Assembly: GCA_001275005.1 (NCBI GenBank)
Contig: JWZX01003253.1
Span: 1 to 64,000 of the forward strand
DNA from: Chrysochromulina tobinii
Lineage: Eukaryota
Reading direction: 5' to 3'
Length of the DNA: 64,000 bases
A program made the translations under genes and the position numbers. Positions within the stretch are counted from its first letter, which is position 1, and every line of letters begins with the position of its first letter. Below are positions 22,454 through 34,694 of the stretch, piece by piece. The notes beneath the pieces were generated by a model that searched no databases, was not told the origin of the DNA, and saw only the letters and a program-made list of their open reading frames with translations.

Positions 22454-25336
22454 GCCGCCGCCGCCGCCGCCGCCGCTGCTGGTGCTGGTGCTGCTGCTGC
22501 CGCCGCCGCCGCCGCCGCCGCCGCTGCTGCCGCTGTTGCCGCTGCTGCCGTTGCCGGCGAGATGGCCCATTCCTGGATCGAAGCCCACGTCGCGGCTTAG
22601 GCGAGCTCGGACCCCAGCGGGCGCGCTGCTCGCACCTGCAGCCGTGCTACGCTGCGACGCCGCCCCCCCTCCCAAGCAGCTGCTGCCACTGCTGCCAGAG
22701 TGCTGCAACAGACTGCTGCTGCTGCTCCCTCCGCAGGTGCTGCGCTGCGTCGCCGGTGTGCCGAGCGCCGTGCCGAGCTGCGCCATCGCCGCCAGCCGAT
22801 CTCCCGGGTCGAGATCGCGCGAGGCGCGTCGGCCGTCGCCCCTCTCGCACGAGCGCGTACGCCCGAGTGCGCCCGTATCCACCGCCGCCACCTTGCGTGC
22901 ATATGCGGCGCGCGCGCGCTCGGAGAGCTCATCAGCAGCTCGGCGCCTCGATTCGGCGAGCGCCTCGTGTTCAGAGCGCGCGAGCGCCTCCTCCTCGCCC
23001 AGCCGTGCCGCGTCATCCGCCTCCCACTGCCGATCCGTCGGCGTGCTGGTGAGCGAGTCGCGCCGGAGGGGGGATCCGTCCGAGCTCATGTCGAGCTCGC
23101 GCAACAGACCCGTCACCTTGGACGCCCCGAGGCGCACGTCGCGCGCCGAGTCCGATTGCAGCTCGATGACGGCGTGGTGCAGCCGCTGTAGCGCGTCGGC
23201 GTCGGCGGGCAGGGCGCAGCGCGCGCTTCAGGTACGGCAGCAGCTCGCACACGCGCAGTCGCACGTTTGGCACAGGGTCGCTCGCCAAGTTGAGCAGCGC
23301 CGTGTGTAGATGGTGCGCCTTGAAAAAGGCGCGGGAGCACCCATACGGGCATCTCGGCACGAGAAGCATTCCGCAGACCGACGTGAAGAGCAGACGCAGT
23401 GAGAAAGCTTCGGCGCATCCAAGCTGGCTCACGAGACGCGAACACACCTCGGAGCGCTGCGAGGCGGTGCGCAGCCGGCGCAGTTGCAAGCAGATGACGC
23501 GTGCCGCCTGCAGGCGCACTGGCGCGGCGGCCTCGGTGGTGAGCCGTCCGAAGAGCACCGGGAGCACGAGGGAATAGAGCGTCCCGGGCTCCAGGTATGC
23601 AGTGAGCGCACCGAACTGCTCGAGGAGCGTGAGGGAGCCTCGCCAGCTCGCCGGGCGTGCCGTGATGGGCATCTCGAGATTGAGGAGCAGCGGGAGCAGC
23701 TGCGAGCCGAGAGCATATCCGCTCGGGCAGCCTGGGGCGGCGGGCACGTTGGAGGCAGCACCGGCCGCGTCGAGCGGAGCCAAGAGCGCGAGCAGATCAG
23801 GCAGAGCACCGAGCAGCGGGAGGAGCACCTCGGGATCCTCCCGCTCAAGCACCGAGAGCGCGAGCGGCAGCACCGCCTCCGCCGCTCCGGACGGCCCGAG
23901 CGACACCGCGACCGGCACATGCGAAGCACTCAGGGCGCGACGCACGCACAGCTCGGCGTCCTGATGCAGCAACCTCATGATCGCGCTGAAGCGGCGGGGC
24001 ACGCCGCCGCCGTCCTCGGCCATCGCGCTCGCGTACGCGACGAGCGCGTCAACGCAGGCGAGCCGGTGCTCGGTCACGACTGAGCGTGCGAACGCCTCCA
24101 CAAGCCGCTCATAGATGGTGACGCCCTCTACGCGCGTCTCATCCAGGCTCCCGTCCGCGAGCGCGCCGCACGCATGCAGCCGCTCGAACAGCTTCGGCAG
24201 CGACGCCGCCACGCGCTGCAGGACCTCCTCCGGCGGCGTCCCCACCGAAGGGCCGACGCCCGTGACGCCCACGAAGGCATCGGGTGCATCGAGGGCGAGG
24301 AGACACGGGGCGACGACACGGCGAAGTGCCGGCTCGAGAACCGTCGCACGAGCCGAGGCGTCGCACGAGCCGAGCAGCGCGGTGCCGCACTCAAAGGCGG
24401 CGGCGCGCACGCCCGGGTGCTCATCCATGGTGAGCTCGAGCGCCTCGGCAAGAGGACCCGACGAGACGACCTCGGGCGGCAGCGCGGCGGCGATGCACTG
24501 CAGCTGCTCGCACATCGAGCATCGCACACGGAGCTCTGTGTCTTGACACATGCTCAGCGCGTGCGAGAGGAAGCGCTGCTGGATCCACACGGCATCCGGG
24601 TGCGCCGTCGCGAGCGCCCCCATCACGTGCGTGCAGAGCAGCCGATGGCCCACCGGAGCGGAGACGTCGCCGCGCCGGAGCGCGAATGGGAGGACCGTGC
24701 TGTTGAGGCACGCGATCGGCAGCCGGCGCGTGCGCAGCAGGTGCAGCAGCATGTGCAGCCACTCGGCGCCCACCGACGACTCCTCGAGCGGCGTGAGCTC
24801 CGCCTTCTCGAGCGCTGTCAGCGCCATTGGCAGCAGCACCCGCTCGAGCATCGGCACAGGCGGCGGCTCGGCCGCCTCAAGCAGCGCCGTGAGCGCCTTC
24901 GCCAGTGCGACGGGCAGCTCGCCAAACGCCTCGTCGTCGACCGCCGCTGCACTCACCATGGCGCTCAATTCGCGCGAAGCCTTCTCGAGCAGCGGCGTGC
25001 ACGCGCGCGAGCCATGGTCTGCAAACAGCCCAGGAAGGCTGTTGATCACTGCTATACGCTGCACGATGCGGCCACGCTCGAAGAGAAGCTCCATGCGCTC
25101 GAGCTCTGGCATGTCCTCGTCGACGGCGAGCTCCTCGACGTCCCCAAACGACTGCGGAGCGAGCGTGCGAGCGATTGCAAAGTGAGCCCGTCGTGCGGGT
25201 GCAGCCTTCAGCCTCGAGGGGTACTAGCATGGATTCGTGTGGAGCGATGGCGCACCGTGCTGTGCTGCTTAAGGAGCTCGGCCTCGCGCAGCGTGGCGCT
25301 GCCGCCGAACTCCGCGTCGTCGTCATCGCCAAACAT
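22196..25336 (-). CDS. PPP4R4: Protein phosphatase 4 regulatory subunit 4-like HEAT-repeat protein; intron 25152-25255; apparent 1-nt frameshift at 23212-23214
   Basis: Spliced N-terminus ...DVEELAVDEDMPELER..LL...VQ.IAVINSLP resembles PP4R4; HEAT ends CQDTELRVR, DEHPGVR, SDPVPNVRLR; removing one base joins LKRALRLPADADALQRL to the 22196-23137 frame. Confidence 0.8.
22391..22553. repeat. Compound (GCT)n/(GCC)n microsatellite encoding poly-Ser/poly-Gly in the PP4R4 tail
   Basis: About 20 GCT units at 22391-22450, followed by GCC runs. Confidence 0.95.
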
Positions 25337-25622
25337 CTGTGGCTCATGCGCGGGACGCTCAGCTGGAGGCGCACGGCAAGAAGCTGCACGCAATAAAGGG
25401 ACGAAGCGCCATGGGTGAGTCGAACACGTGGCTCGCTCGTTACATGTAGTTGGCTCGTGAAGCGAACGAAAGGTTCCCCCTCAAAACTTGCGGAAGCGTC
25501 CCATGGATTCACAGTGAATTCCGAAAGCGAGCCCGGCGAGCTTGTCCATCGCCACAGTGGCTTCCCTGGTCCTGGGCGACGCCACCCTTTGCCCCGCCGT
25601 CGGCGCTGCCGCGAACGTACTC

Positions 25623-28600
25623 ATGTCGTCGCACTTCGGCCAAAGAAAAGTGACGAACGTGGTCGGCGGCTCCGCCGCATCTCCCCTCGACGTCGACGCA
25701 CCGCGCAGCCGAGCGGCCGTCGTGGTCCATGTGGATGCCTCGTCCTCTGCCAGCGGCGGCTCAGGCCGCAAGCGATCGTGTTCTCCAGCAATCGTGCTAT
25801 CCGACGGCGATGACGACGTCGAGGTCGTCGAAGAGCCTCCTTCCAAGCAGGTGCGCAATGGCGCTGCCAGGCCACCGCCGCTGGCACCCTCGACGACGTG
25901 GACATGCAGCTTCTGCACACGGGAGAATCCCTCCTCCGCAGTGCTGTGCGCCAGCTGCGAGCAGAGGTTGCAGCCGGGCCTCACCCTGGGTCCGCCGGGT
26001 CCTGATCGTCAGAAGCTGCTCCATCAAATCACGCACGGCGAGTTCCGTCGGGCGGTGACTGCCATTGCAGCTATGGCATTCACCGCAGAGAAGATGCACA
26101 GCGAGGTCGACCGCCTCGCCCGCGAGCACAAAATCACGAGCCCAGCGGCGAGTAAGACGCCAGCGCAGGAGCCGGTCCGTTCCGCGCGGGCATTCTCAGC
26201 AGGCTCATCGACAGCTGTCGAGCAGCCAAAGTCGTCGCCCATCTCTGCAAGGCGTCCCGAAGGGGTCACCCGAATGAAGGCCATCCTCGAGAAGAATGGG
26301 TCTCGAAGCGCCTCCGACGCGGATATAGAGGCCGCTCTCGAAGCGGAGAATGACAACGTGAGCTTAGCGATCGCGCGGATCAGGCAGGCTGATCTTGCAG
26401 GCAGATCCCGCGCCGCACAAGCTGACCCCGCAAGATCTGCCTGCGCCGCACAAGCTGACCCCGCAAGATTGCCGCCCGCGCCGCCCCCGCCGCCCCCGCC
26501 GCCCCCGCCCCAAGCACCGTCTCAGTCCGCGAAGGCCGATTGGGCCGAGGCCGCTGTAGCCGGTGGCCGCAGTGGCGAGGCGCCAGACGAGCTGCAGCGG
26601 ATGCTCCAAAAGAGCAAGAGCGAGAGCCTGCCCGCACTACGCGCGAAGCTCGAGGAGAAGACGGCGGCGCTCGAGGTAAGCGAGGCTGCGCGGGCGGCGG
26701 CGGAGGCGGCGAGGGCAGAGGCGCTCGCGGCCCAGGTTGAGGCGGAGAGGGCCAAGGCGGCAGGTGAGGCGAGGGAGGAGAATCTCCGCGCGGAGATCCG
26801 ACGGCTGCGCGAGGTTGCGCGGCGCTCGGTCGTCGTGACGGCGATTGCCTCGGGCAGCGGCGGCGTCGCCGCCGCCGATGACACTGCCGTCAATCTCGCG
26901 ACCCGTACCGCCGAGACGCAGGTGCAGGCGGGTGACGGAGGCGAAATTCTTCCGGAGAAGATCAATTGGGCATGCTGTTCCCGCTGCAACAAGTGGCGCC
27001 GTGTCGTGTCGCTGCCTGGCGAAGATGCCTGGTGGGAATGTAGCATGAATACTGTGCCTCTGACTTCGTCGTGCGACGCCCCGGAGGATGAGGATGAGGA
27101 CGACGCTGGCCCCGCCGCTGACCCCGCCGCCGCTCCCGCTGATGCGCCCGCCGCCGCTCCCACCGCACCGGAAGCGGCCGAGTCGGCGGAGGCGCTCGCG
27201 CTCTCACACGCGCTCGAGGCGGCGGCCGCAGCGGGCATGCGCCTCGCGCAGCTGCGCCGGCCTCGCGAGTGCTTCGGCCGGTACGCGCTCGTGTTCGAAG
27301 AGTACATTGGGTCGTTACGCGAGACGCTCAAGGCCAGCTTCAGCACGGACACGACATGGATCCTGGGCAAAGGCAAGGGCGAGAAGGGCGTCGAGCGCGG
27401 CTCAGAGCTCGCCGCATGGGAGGCCGCCGTGGGCACGAGCGCCTTCAAGAAGGGCGTCTTCAGAAACTCGCTTCGCACACGCCTGCTCTCGCGCACACAC
27501 GTTTCCTATGCAGGGGATGAGCGCGAGGCGCAAGACCTCAATGGTGTCTCCGCCGAGTTCTTCTCCGCCGTGTGGACACAACTCTTCGCTTCGGTCGTGG
27601 GCGCGGGCGACGAGCCCGACGACGACACGGCGCCTCGGGATCAACGGGAGTGGCCCCTCTTTGAGCGAGGCGGCGACGAGGGCAGGCTGCTTCCCTACTT
27701 GCCACCCGCCGGGCGTGCGAACGCGGCGGAATGGAGCGCGACTGAGGCGGGGCAGCGCCACCTCACACGGCTCCGTCTCGCTGGCACAGCGCTTCTCAAG
27801 TGCTTGCTCGACGGGTACTCTTGATGGCCGCTGAGTGCCGTCGATTGCCGTGTATTCTCGCCGATGGCGTCTGATAGCCTGCCTCCTCACTCTGATGACG
27901 ACTGATTGCCTGCGTCCTCAGGTACGCGGTCGGTCCGCTTCTCGGCCGGTTCGCGTACGACTTCCTCATGAATGAGCACCGACCCTTCCACGTGCACGAC
28001 GCCGACGCGCCGGGTGCCCTCAGCAGCGCCGATGCCGCGCGTGCGGCGCTCGCCGATTTTGACTCGAACGCCCAGTCGTTCTTCTTGTCGCTCCGGCCAG
28101 AGCCGCAGCAAATGCCGCTTGACTTCCTCGTCCACGTCGGCCTGCTGCCGCCCGAGCAGCTCGGCGTGACGCGCACCCTCGGCGGCGACACCATGGAGGT
28201 GGCCCGCGCGCGTGCCGATGCGCTGGCGATCGAATGCGCGCGCTATGCACTGCTCGAGCGGCGGAAGCTTGCGCTCGAGCACTTCCGGCGTGGCTTTCTC
28301 GGCGCGATGGGCGCCGCCGGCAGCGCCAGCATGCCACAGGACGACGAGCCTGGCTGCCTAGACGTGACGCGCCACCTCGCGCTCTTCACGCCGGTGGAGC
28401 TTTCGCTCATGCTCGGCGGCAAAGAGACTCTCTCAGCCACCGAGCTCATCGAAATGATCGATTGGCCCAATGCCAAGGAGGCACTGGAGACCTGGGGCAC
28501 CGACAAGCCCGCGGTGCTGCTGCGCACGTACCTGGTCGGCCTGGGCGACCTCTCCTCGAATCGCTGCCTCGACCTGTTCAAGTGCATCACGGCGCGCCGC

Positions 28601-28804
28601 GCCGTGCCCGCGCACATGCAGGAGCGCATCACCCTTGCGGCGGCAAGGAGCCCGAAGGACGACAGCGTGTACGACGGACGCGCGGCCGCCGAGGTGTACA
28701 CGTGCTTCGCCCAGCTCAAGCTGCCCAAGTACGAGTCGCTCGAGCAGCTCGAGCACGGGCTGAATGAGCTGCTCGCGCAAAAGGAGATGTTCACATCGCG
28801 GTGA
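25623..28804 (+). CDS. HECT E3 ubiquitin ligase with SIM-like motifs, RanBP2 zinc finger, UBA-like domain, coiled coil and CW zinc finger; intron 27815-27921
   Basis: WTCSFCTRENPSSAVLCASCE; WACCSRCNKWRRV...WECSMN...SCDAPED; VSYAGDEREAQDLNGVSAEFF; LFTPVELSLMLGG; catalytic YTCFAQLKLPKY. The GT..CAG intron joins ORFs 25542-27824 and 27968-28804 in frame. Confidence 0.88.
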
Positions 28805-29046
28805 GGCGTGGAGGTGGAGCAAGGACAAGGGAGAAGTCCCTGGTACTATTGTATACAACGGATCATACATCGTGTTAGTCTAGACGATCTCGATATGCAT
28901 TTTTCGCATTTTTCCCGCAAGACCACGCAGCGCGCACTCCGACGTGCTGATGACGTTCTACCTACTAGGCGGGGGTCGGAAAGCGCGCTCGTGGTTGACT
29001 TGACTTGTCTTGACTTTACGGACCGCCGCATATCCAAAACCTCGAC

Positions 29047-31843
29047 ATGTCGGACTGGAGGGCGTCGGACTGGAGGGCGCACACCATCTCGGTGTTCGAC
29101 GACGAGGAAGAAAACCCGCTGCGGCGCGCGCCGCTCCGCCTGCGCGTCAAGCTCGCGACGCAGATGTTTGCGCTCGCTTCGTTGCTCACCGTATACGGCG
29201 TGGTGCTCCCAGTCGCTTCTCGCTGGACGCACTCTGAGCTCGAGGCTGGCGGCCGCGCGATGAGCGAGGAGGCCAAAGGAGAGTTGCAACCTTTCGTCGA
29301 ATTTCCGGTCGAGAACGTGCTCACGACAGCACAGGAACCTCTCGCCGAACTGCCGGTGGGCGAAGTACTCACGATGGCACGAAGGCCTTCCGCCGAAACG
29401 CCGGTGAGTGAACTGTTCACGATGGACGAGCTGCAGAGCGGCGGTGTCGTGCTGTACGTCGTCGGCATCCTCTACATGTTCCTTGTGATCGCGATCACGT
29501 GCGACGAGTACCTTGTGCCCGCACTCGACGTGATGGTTCAGCGCTTCGAGATCTCGCCCGCCATCGCGAGTGCGACCTTCATGGCGGCAGGCGGCTCGGC
29601 GCCGGAGCTGTTCGTCTCGCTGATCGGAACCATGTACGGCTCCGACATCGGCGTCGGCACCGTCGTCGGGTCCGCGGCGATCAACATGCTGCTCGTGGTG
29701 GGCACATGCGCCGTCTTCGCTCGCGAAACGCTCTCACTCACCTGGTGGCCATTCCTACGCGACAGCGTGTGCTGCTCACTCGCGCTTCTCGCGGTGGCGG
29801 CCGTCCTCGGCATCCTCACGCCCTCGCGCGTCGAGCTGTGGGAGGCCGGCGCACTCCTCGGCCTGTATGCATGCTACTGCCTGCTCATGCCACGTCACCA
29901 GACACTCCGTCGCTCGAGTTTGCACGTAGAGCTCCTCGAGGAAGGCGAGTCGCACGTGACGCCGCCCGATGCCGTCACGGAGTGCCCCTTCCTCGTTCCG
30001 TTCAAGGTGCGCCCTACGGTCCGCGAGTCCTTACTCGACCCCGAGGCCGTCGCCGACGCGTGCATCGCCTTTGCGTTCCGGAAGCTCAAGCGCGCCGTGG
30101 CGAGCGCCTTCGGTCGGCTCGACGTGGACGGCAACGGTTTCATCGAAGCCGCGGCGGTGCGTCAGCTGCTGGAAGAGCTGGGCCACTCTGAATGCTCGGA
30201 GGCAATGATCGAGGCGCTCGACGCGCGCCTCGACCAGAATGAGGATGGCAAGATCTCGTTCTTCGAGTTTGACTCGTGGTACGTGGCGCGCGCGCTCGTG
30301 GTCGAGCAGAAGCTCACGCGCGCCTTCCGCACATGCGACTCCAATGGCGACGGCACCGTCGACGAGGATGGTGCCAAGAACCTTCTCGAGCACCTTAACC
30401 CGATCCAGCTGCAGGGAGATTATCGAGAGATTGAGCTCGAGAATGCGGTCGAGAGCCTGCTGCGCAAGAGCCTGCGCAGTCGCCGTCATCGAGCCAAGAT
30501 GGCATCAGTGGTCGCTGTCGAGCCGGAAGCACCAAATAAGGAAGCGCTCGTGGGGCCGCCGGCAGAGGACGTCGCGCCCAATAAGGACGACGTTGACAAC
30601 GACGAGGCAGTGCGGGCCGACGCGGCAGCGTACTGCTCGGACTCGGCGCCTTTGAGTGTCGAGGGCGAGCCGGTGGTGGCGGAGGACCTCTCTGAGGTCG
30701 CCTTCATCAAAGCCGGGCGCCGATCGCCGATAGGCGCTCAAAGGCCACGATCGCCTTCCGGAGATCTAAGGGGCACTCAAAGGCCACGATCAATTTCACG
30801 TGAGATGCGGCCGGCGAGCATCAAACCGTTGTCACCGCAAGGTCAAAGGTCACGGTCACCTTCACGTGAGATGCGGCCGGCGACACTCAAACCGACGCCC
30901 TTGCCACCGCAAGGCCAAAGGTCACGATCACCTACCGGTGAGCTGCGGCCGGCGATCATCAAATCGACGCCTTCATCACCGCCACCATCGCCGCCATCGG
31001 CAGCGCCACCCTTGCTGTTATCGTCACCGCCGCCGCCGCATCTGCCGTCGCTGCCGCCGTCGCCGCCGTCAAAGGAGGACAGCTTCGTATACCCTCGCAG
31101 ATCGGCTCCGCACAGCGACACACCTGCACTCATCACCATGGCAGATTTTAGGACGTGGTACTTGGAGACACCGTACTGGGAAGAGAAGATGAAGGTGGCG
31201 GACAAGGACGTCGATGATGCGATGGACCTCTCCTGCTGCCCCTCGCCCGACACATCAGCCGGCATCGGCGCCTTGCGCTTCTTCCTTATCCTGCCGATCG
31301 TCACGTGCCTCAAGCTCACTCTACCCGACGTCAAGGAAGGCACCAAGGCGTACTGGTATCCGGTCACGTTGGTCGGTGCCCTCGCGTGGGTTGCCATCGC
31401 CTCGTACTCCATGGTCACATGGGCGGCGATAGTGGCCAACGTCTTCGGCATCCCGCACGCAGTCCTCGGCCTCACCTTCCTCGCGGCGGGCACCTCGGTC
31501 CCTGACTTGCTCACCGCCGTCATCGTGGCGCAGCAGGGCGAGGCCGATGCCGCCGCGTCCTTCGTCGTGGGTCGCAGCGTCTTCGACGTGCTCGTCGGAC
31601 TTCCGCTGCCCTGGCTCGTGTACAACCTCTACTACGGCCAGGCCGCCGTCGTGGGCGCCGAGTCGCTCTTCGGCTCGCTTCTCATCCTCTTTAGCATGGT
31701 CGCCCTCATAACCTGCACCATCGCTTGCTTCGGATGGCGCATGACGCGCTGCCTCGGCTACTGCTTGTTCCTGTTCTACGCTAGCCTTTATAGCGCAGGA
31801 CTTTGCACGCGCCCAAGGGTTGCTTGTCATCCCGGGCTTTTAA
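29047..31843 (+). CDS. K+-dependent Na+/Ca2+ exchanger (NCKX/SLC24 family) with EF-hands in the cytosolic loop; probable 1-nt frameshift at ~31780
   Basis: Alpha-1 ATFMAAGGSAPELF...GTVVGSA; alpha-2 GLTFLAAGTSVPDL...VFD; EF loops DVDGNGFIE, DQNEDGKISFFE, DSNGDGTVDE. As written the frame stops at 31887; the shifted frame ends LAFIAQDFARAQGLLVIPGF* at 31843. Confidence 0.9.
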
Positions 31844-32607
31844 GGCGCCGGGAGGCGGCCATGGCGGACATGCCGTGCGAACAATAGATCAGAGAGTAAG
31901 AATATTCGGCTCAGAGGTGTATATATACAGTTAGGGACCTCAGAGAGACGCGTGATCTAGAGACAAACCCGGTAACTTTCACGGCACAGCACCGCACCCC
32001 GCCCCGCCGCGCGCGCGCGCGCGGAGCGCCGGCACGATCACGTCACGATCCACGACGAGCGGGCTCAAATCGCCTACCCACCCGACACCTCAAAGTCAAA
32101 CGTAAAAGCTCCGAAAACCATCGGTTCAGTGGGTTGCCGGATGCTCGTTCCAAGATAGTGCCGAGTCCACGCCATTCAGTCGGTATTCAACCAAACGCAG
32201 TGTGGTTGTTTGCGAGCGGTGGTACGGGTGGGACAGTCGTCTCTCGAAACACAGTGTCCCTCACGGCCGGGACGCGCGCGCTCCGCAGGGAGTGTGCAGT
32301 TAGTGTGCAGTGTCGGAGTTCATCGGCGTACGGCGTCGACGGTAAACTGAACCGAACCGTCCCGAGTCTGCCTGCCATACACGACAGACGTAAACTCTAA
32401 GTCCTCGAACCGCTCTTTCCTCTTAAGCTTACGTACGGCCATCGTGTGGCGCCGTGCGGTGTCGCGTCGGTGTCCCCGCGTACTCCCGCGCCGTGTAAGT
32501 TGTCGAGATCGATGTTTACACCCATCGTCTTATTTCGAGTTACCGGAGGTATTACACACAAACATACACCCTTTTCTGTGGAGGGTCCTCTTTTGCTTGA
32601 GAAACAC

Positions 32608-34239
32608 CTACTTGCTTGTGAAACCCCCTCTCGATTCCACGCTCAGCATTTCGGTGAGCCGCGAGAGCGTGCGGCGCATCATGAAGCGTTCATCTTTGGC
32701 GGTGAAGAAGGTCGCTAGTTCACCATCCCTTTGGTAACGGCCGGCCACTGGCGCCGCCTCAAAGCTTGGTGTGGTTGCTGGTGTGGTTGCTGCGCTGCCC
32801 GTTGCCTCGCTACCGATACTACTAACGTCCACCTCGGCGCCGCCCATCATTTCCGTATCGCGCCCCTCCAGGAGGGGCCGAAAGAGGTCCTCGAGTGGCG
32901 CTTCGGCGGCCAAGTGGAGCTGCACGCGCGCCTCGTACAGCGCATCGATGAGCGCTACCAGACGGCGCGCCTCGTTGCGCTGACGGCTGTCGAGCACCGG
33001 CAATCCACTGATAAAGACGGTGCGTGCGACGGACGCGAGTGCGAGGTAGTCGGTCACGCCCAGCGCGGGCACGCCAGGTACAGTGCAGCAGAGCTCGTAA
33101 AAGGTCAGCCAGCACGCGTCGCCCGCGCGCCGTCGCAGCGCCAATGAGCGACCGAAGGCCACCGGAACCGCCTCTGGCAGTGACGCGTTCGCAAGCGCGG
33201 TGTCGGTGCCTCTCTGCAAGCGAGCCACGCGCTGATCCCAACGGCAGGCGAGCTGCGCCTCCGCATCGTGGCCGTGCACAAACGTCCCGCGCGTGCGAGT
33301 TGCTGGAGCGTGCCGCGACGCTGCCGAGTGCCATTTCGCTCGCTCGTCCTCCGCATGCGGCGACGGCGGAGGCAGGCTTCGGTAGTCAAGGGCGTTGTTA
33401 CCGGCCTCGCCGACTCGGCGCACGTCGGCACGCTCGCGCAGCAGCTCGACAAAGGGCAAAAAGTACTTGCGATTCAGGCCCCTCTCGTAGAGCTCCTCGG
33501 GAGGTCGATTCGAGGTGAAGACAACCCGCACGCCGCGCTCGAAGAGGCCCTCGAAGAGCTGTCGTAGGAGCATCGCGTCAGCCACGTCCGTCACCTGCAT
33601 CTCGTCGAGGCAGAGCACCGCGCCGCGCAAGGCGATTGTGTCGGTCACGATTGAGAGCGGCGGCGACGCGGACGCGGACGCTGGTGGCGCGGCAGCTGTG
33701 GAGATGGCCGCGTCGCCGGCGGCGGCGGCGTCCGAGGCGGCCGTGCCTTTTTCTTTGGGCCATCGGTGCGGATCGTTGGCAGCGACTCCGTTCCTTGGCC
33801 GTGGGTCCGCGGTGCCTGCATGGCTGGAATCGGATGCAGGCAGGCTGGCCTCGGCTGTTGTAATCGATGGCGCATCACCAAACTTGAACACTGGCAGACC
33901 CTGCTTCGTGAGCACAACAACCTTTGGCCGCGACTGATGAAGTTTGTGCAGCTGCTGGTGTACCTCGACCATCAGCTCGTGGAAGTGTAGGCGCGTGCAA
34001 GTGCCCTCATCGTGAGTTCGAGCGAATAGATCCATGAGCATCGATTTGCCAGTGCCAACGGAACCCCACAAGTAAACCGCATCCACGTTGGCGGAGCCCG
34101 TCGCGAGCTGATCGAGCGAGCGAGCGGCCTCTAACTGCGTGCGGTCTGGACGGAGGCGACCGCTCGCCACTAGCGACTCGTACGCAGCTAGCGGCCGCGC
34201 TCGCGTCGACAGGCCGCGCAGGAGCACGACGTGCCGCAT
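32608..34239 (-). CDS. AFG1: AFG1/ZapE-family AAA+ ATPase, probably mitochondrial
   Basis: YLWGSVGTGKSMLMDLF (Walker A); RLHFHELM; LCLDEMQVTDVADA (Walker B); TSNRPPEELY..GLNR..FLPF; ARR...IDALYE; basic N-terminal presequence. Confidence 0.93.
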   Translation of the reverse strand: MRHVVLLRGLSTRARPLAAYESLVASGRLRPDRTQLEAARSLDQLATGSANVDAVYLWGSVGTGKSMLMDLFARTHDEGTCTRLHFHELMVEVHQQLHKLHQSRPKVVVLTKQGLPVFKFGDAPSITTAEASLPASDSSHAGTADPRPRNGVAANDPHRWPKEKGTAASDAAAAGDAAISTAAAPPASASASPPLSIVTDTIALRGAVLCLDEMQVTDVADAMLLRQLFEGLFERGVRVVFTSNRPPEELYERGLNRKYFLPFVELLRERADVRRVGEAGNNALDYRSLPPPSPHAEDERAKWHSAASRHAPATRTRGTFVHGHDAEAQLACRWDQRVARLQRGTDTALANASLPEAVPVAFGRSLALRRRAGDACWLTFYELCCTVPGVPALGVTDYLALASVARTVFISGLPVLDSRQRNEARRLVALIDALYEARVQLHLAAEAPLEDLFRPLLEGRDTEMMGGAEVDVSSIGSEATGSAATTPATTPSFEAAPVAGRYQRDGELATFFTAKDERFMMRRTLSRLTEMLSVESRGGFTSK

Positions 34240-34694
34240 TGAGAAGCAGGAAACTTCTGACCACGTCCTTGATTTCGTCAGACAGTCAGCCAGTTTCGTC
34301 GCGGTCCCCCCGCGTTCACCGCACAGTTTCAAAGGTTTCGTGATAGTCCCTGCGATGTCGAGTGAAAACAAGATTGAAGCCGAGAGTCAGACATAACAGT
34401 CAGTTATTTCGCGGCCACACACCGCACACCGCGCGCACCATACTCTATCGGAGGACTCCCCGCGGTCCGCGCTCCTCCGGTCGATGACGAGCTGGTGTCA
34501 GTGTGAGCATGGCCATGGGTATTGGCGCTTGGGTGCGTGAGCTCGCAGCTCTCAGCTGCGTTATTCAGCTGCTGACAGACAGTACGTACAGAGGCACATA
34601 AACCGGCGATCGTAATTGTAAAAACGTACTCGTGGTACTACTCTCTCGTACTGCTGGTGCTCTCCGGATTCTGTCTCGCTCTCGCATGCGGTTG

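Noticed and set aside
22210..23309. Plus-strand poly-Cys, poly-Leu and poly-Ala ORFs
   Set aside because: Antisense readings of the (GCT)n/(GCC)n microsatellite in the PP4R4 tail.
32040..32400. Possible small gene, TGA read-through ORF or snoRNA between NCKX and AFG1
   Set aside because: No recognisable protein motif, codon bias, SECIS element or convincing box C/D terminal stem.
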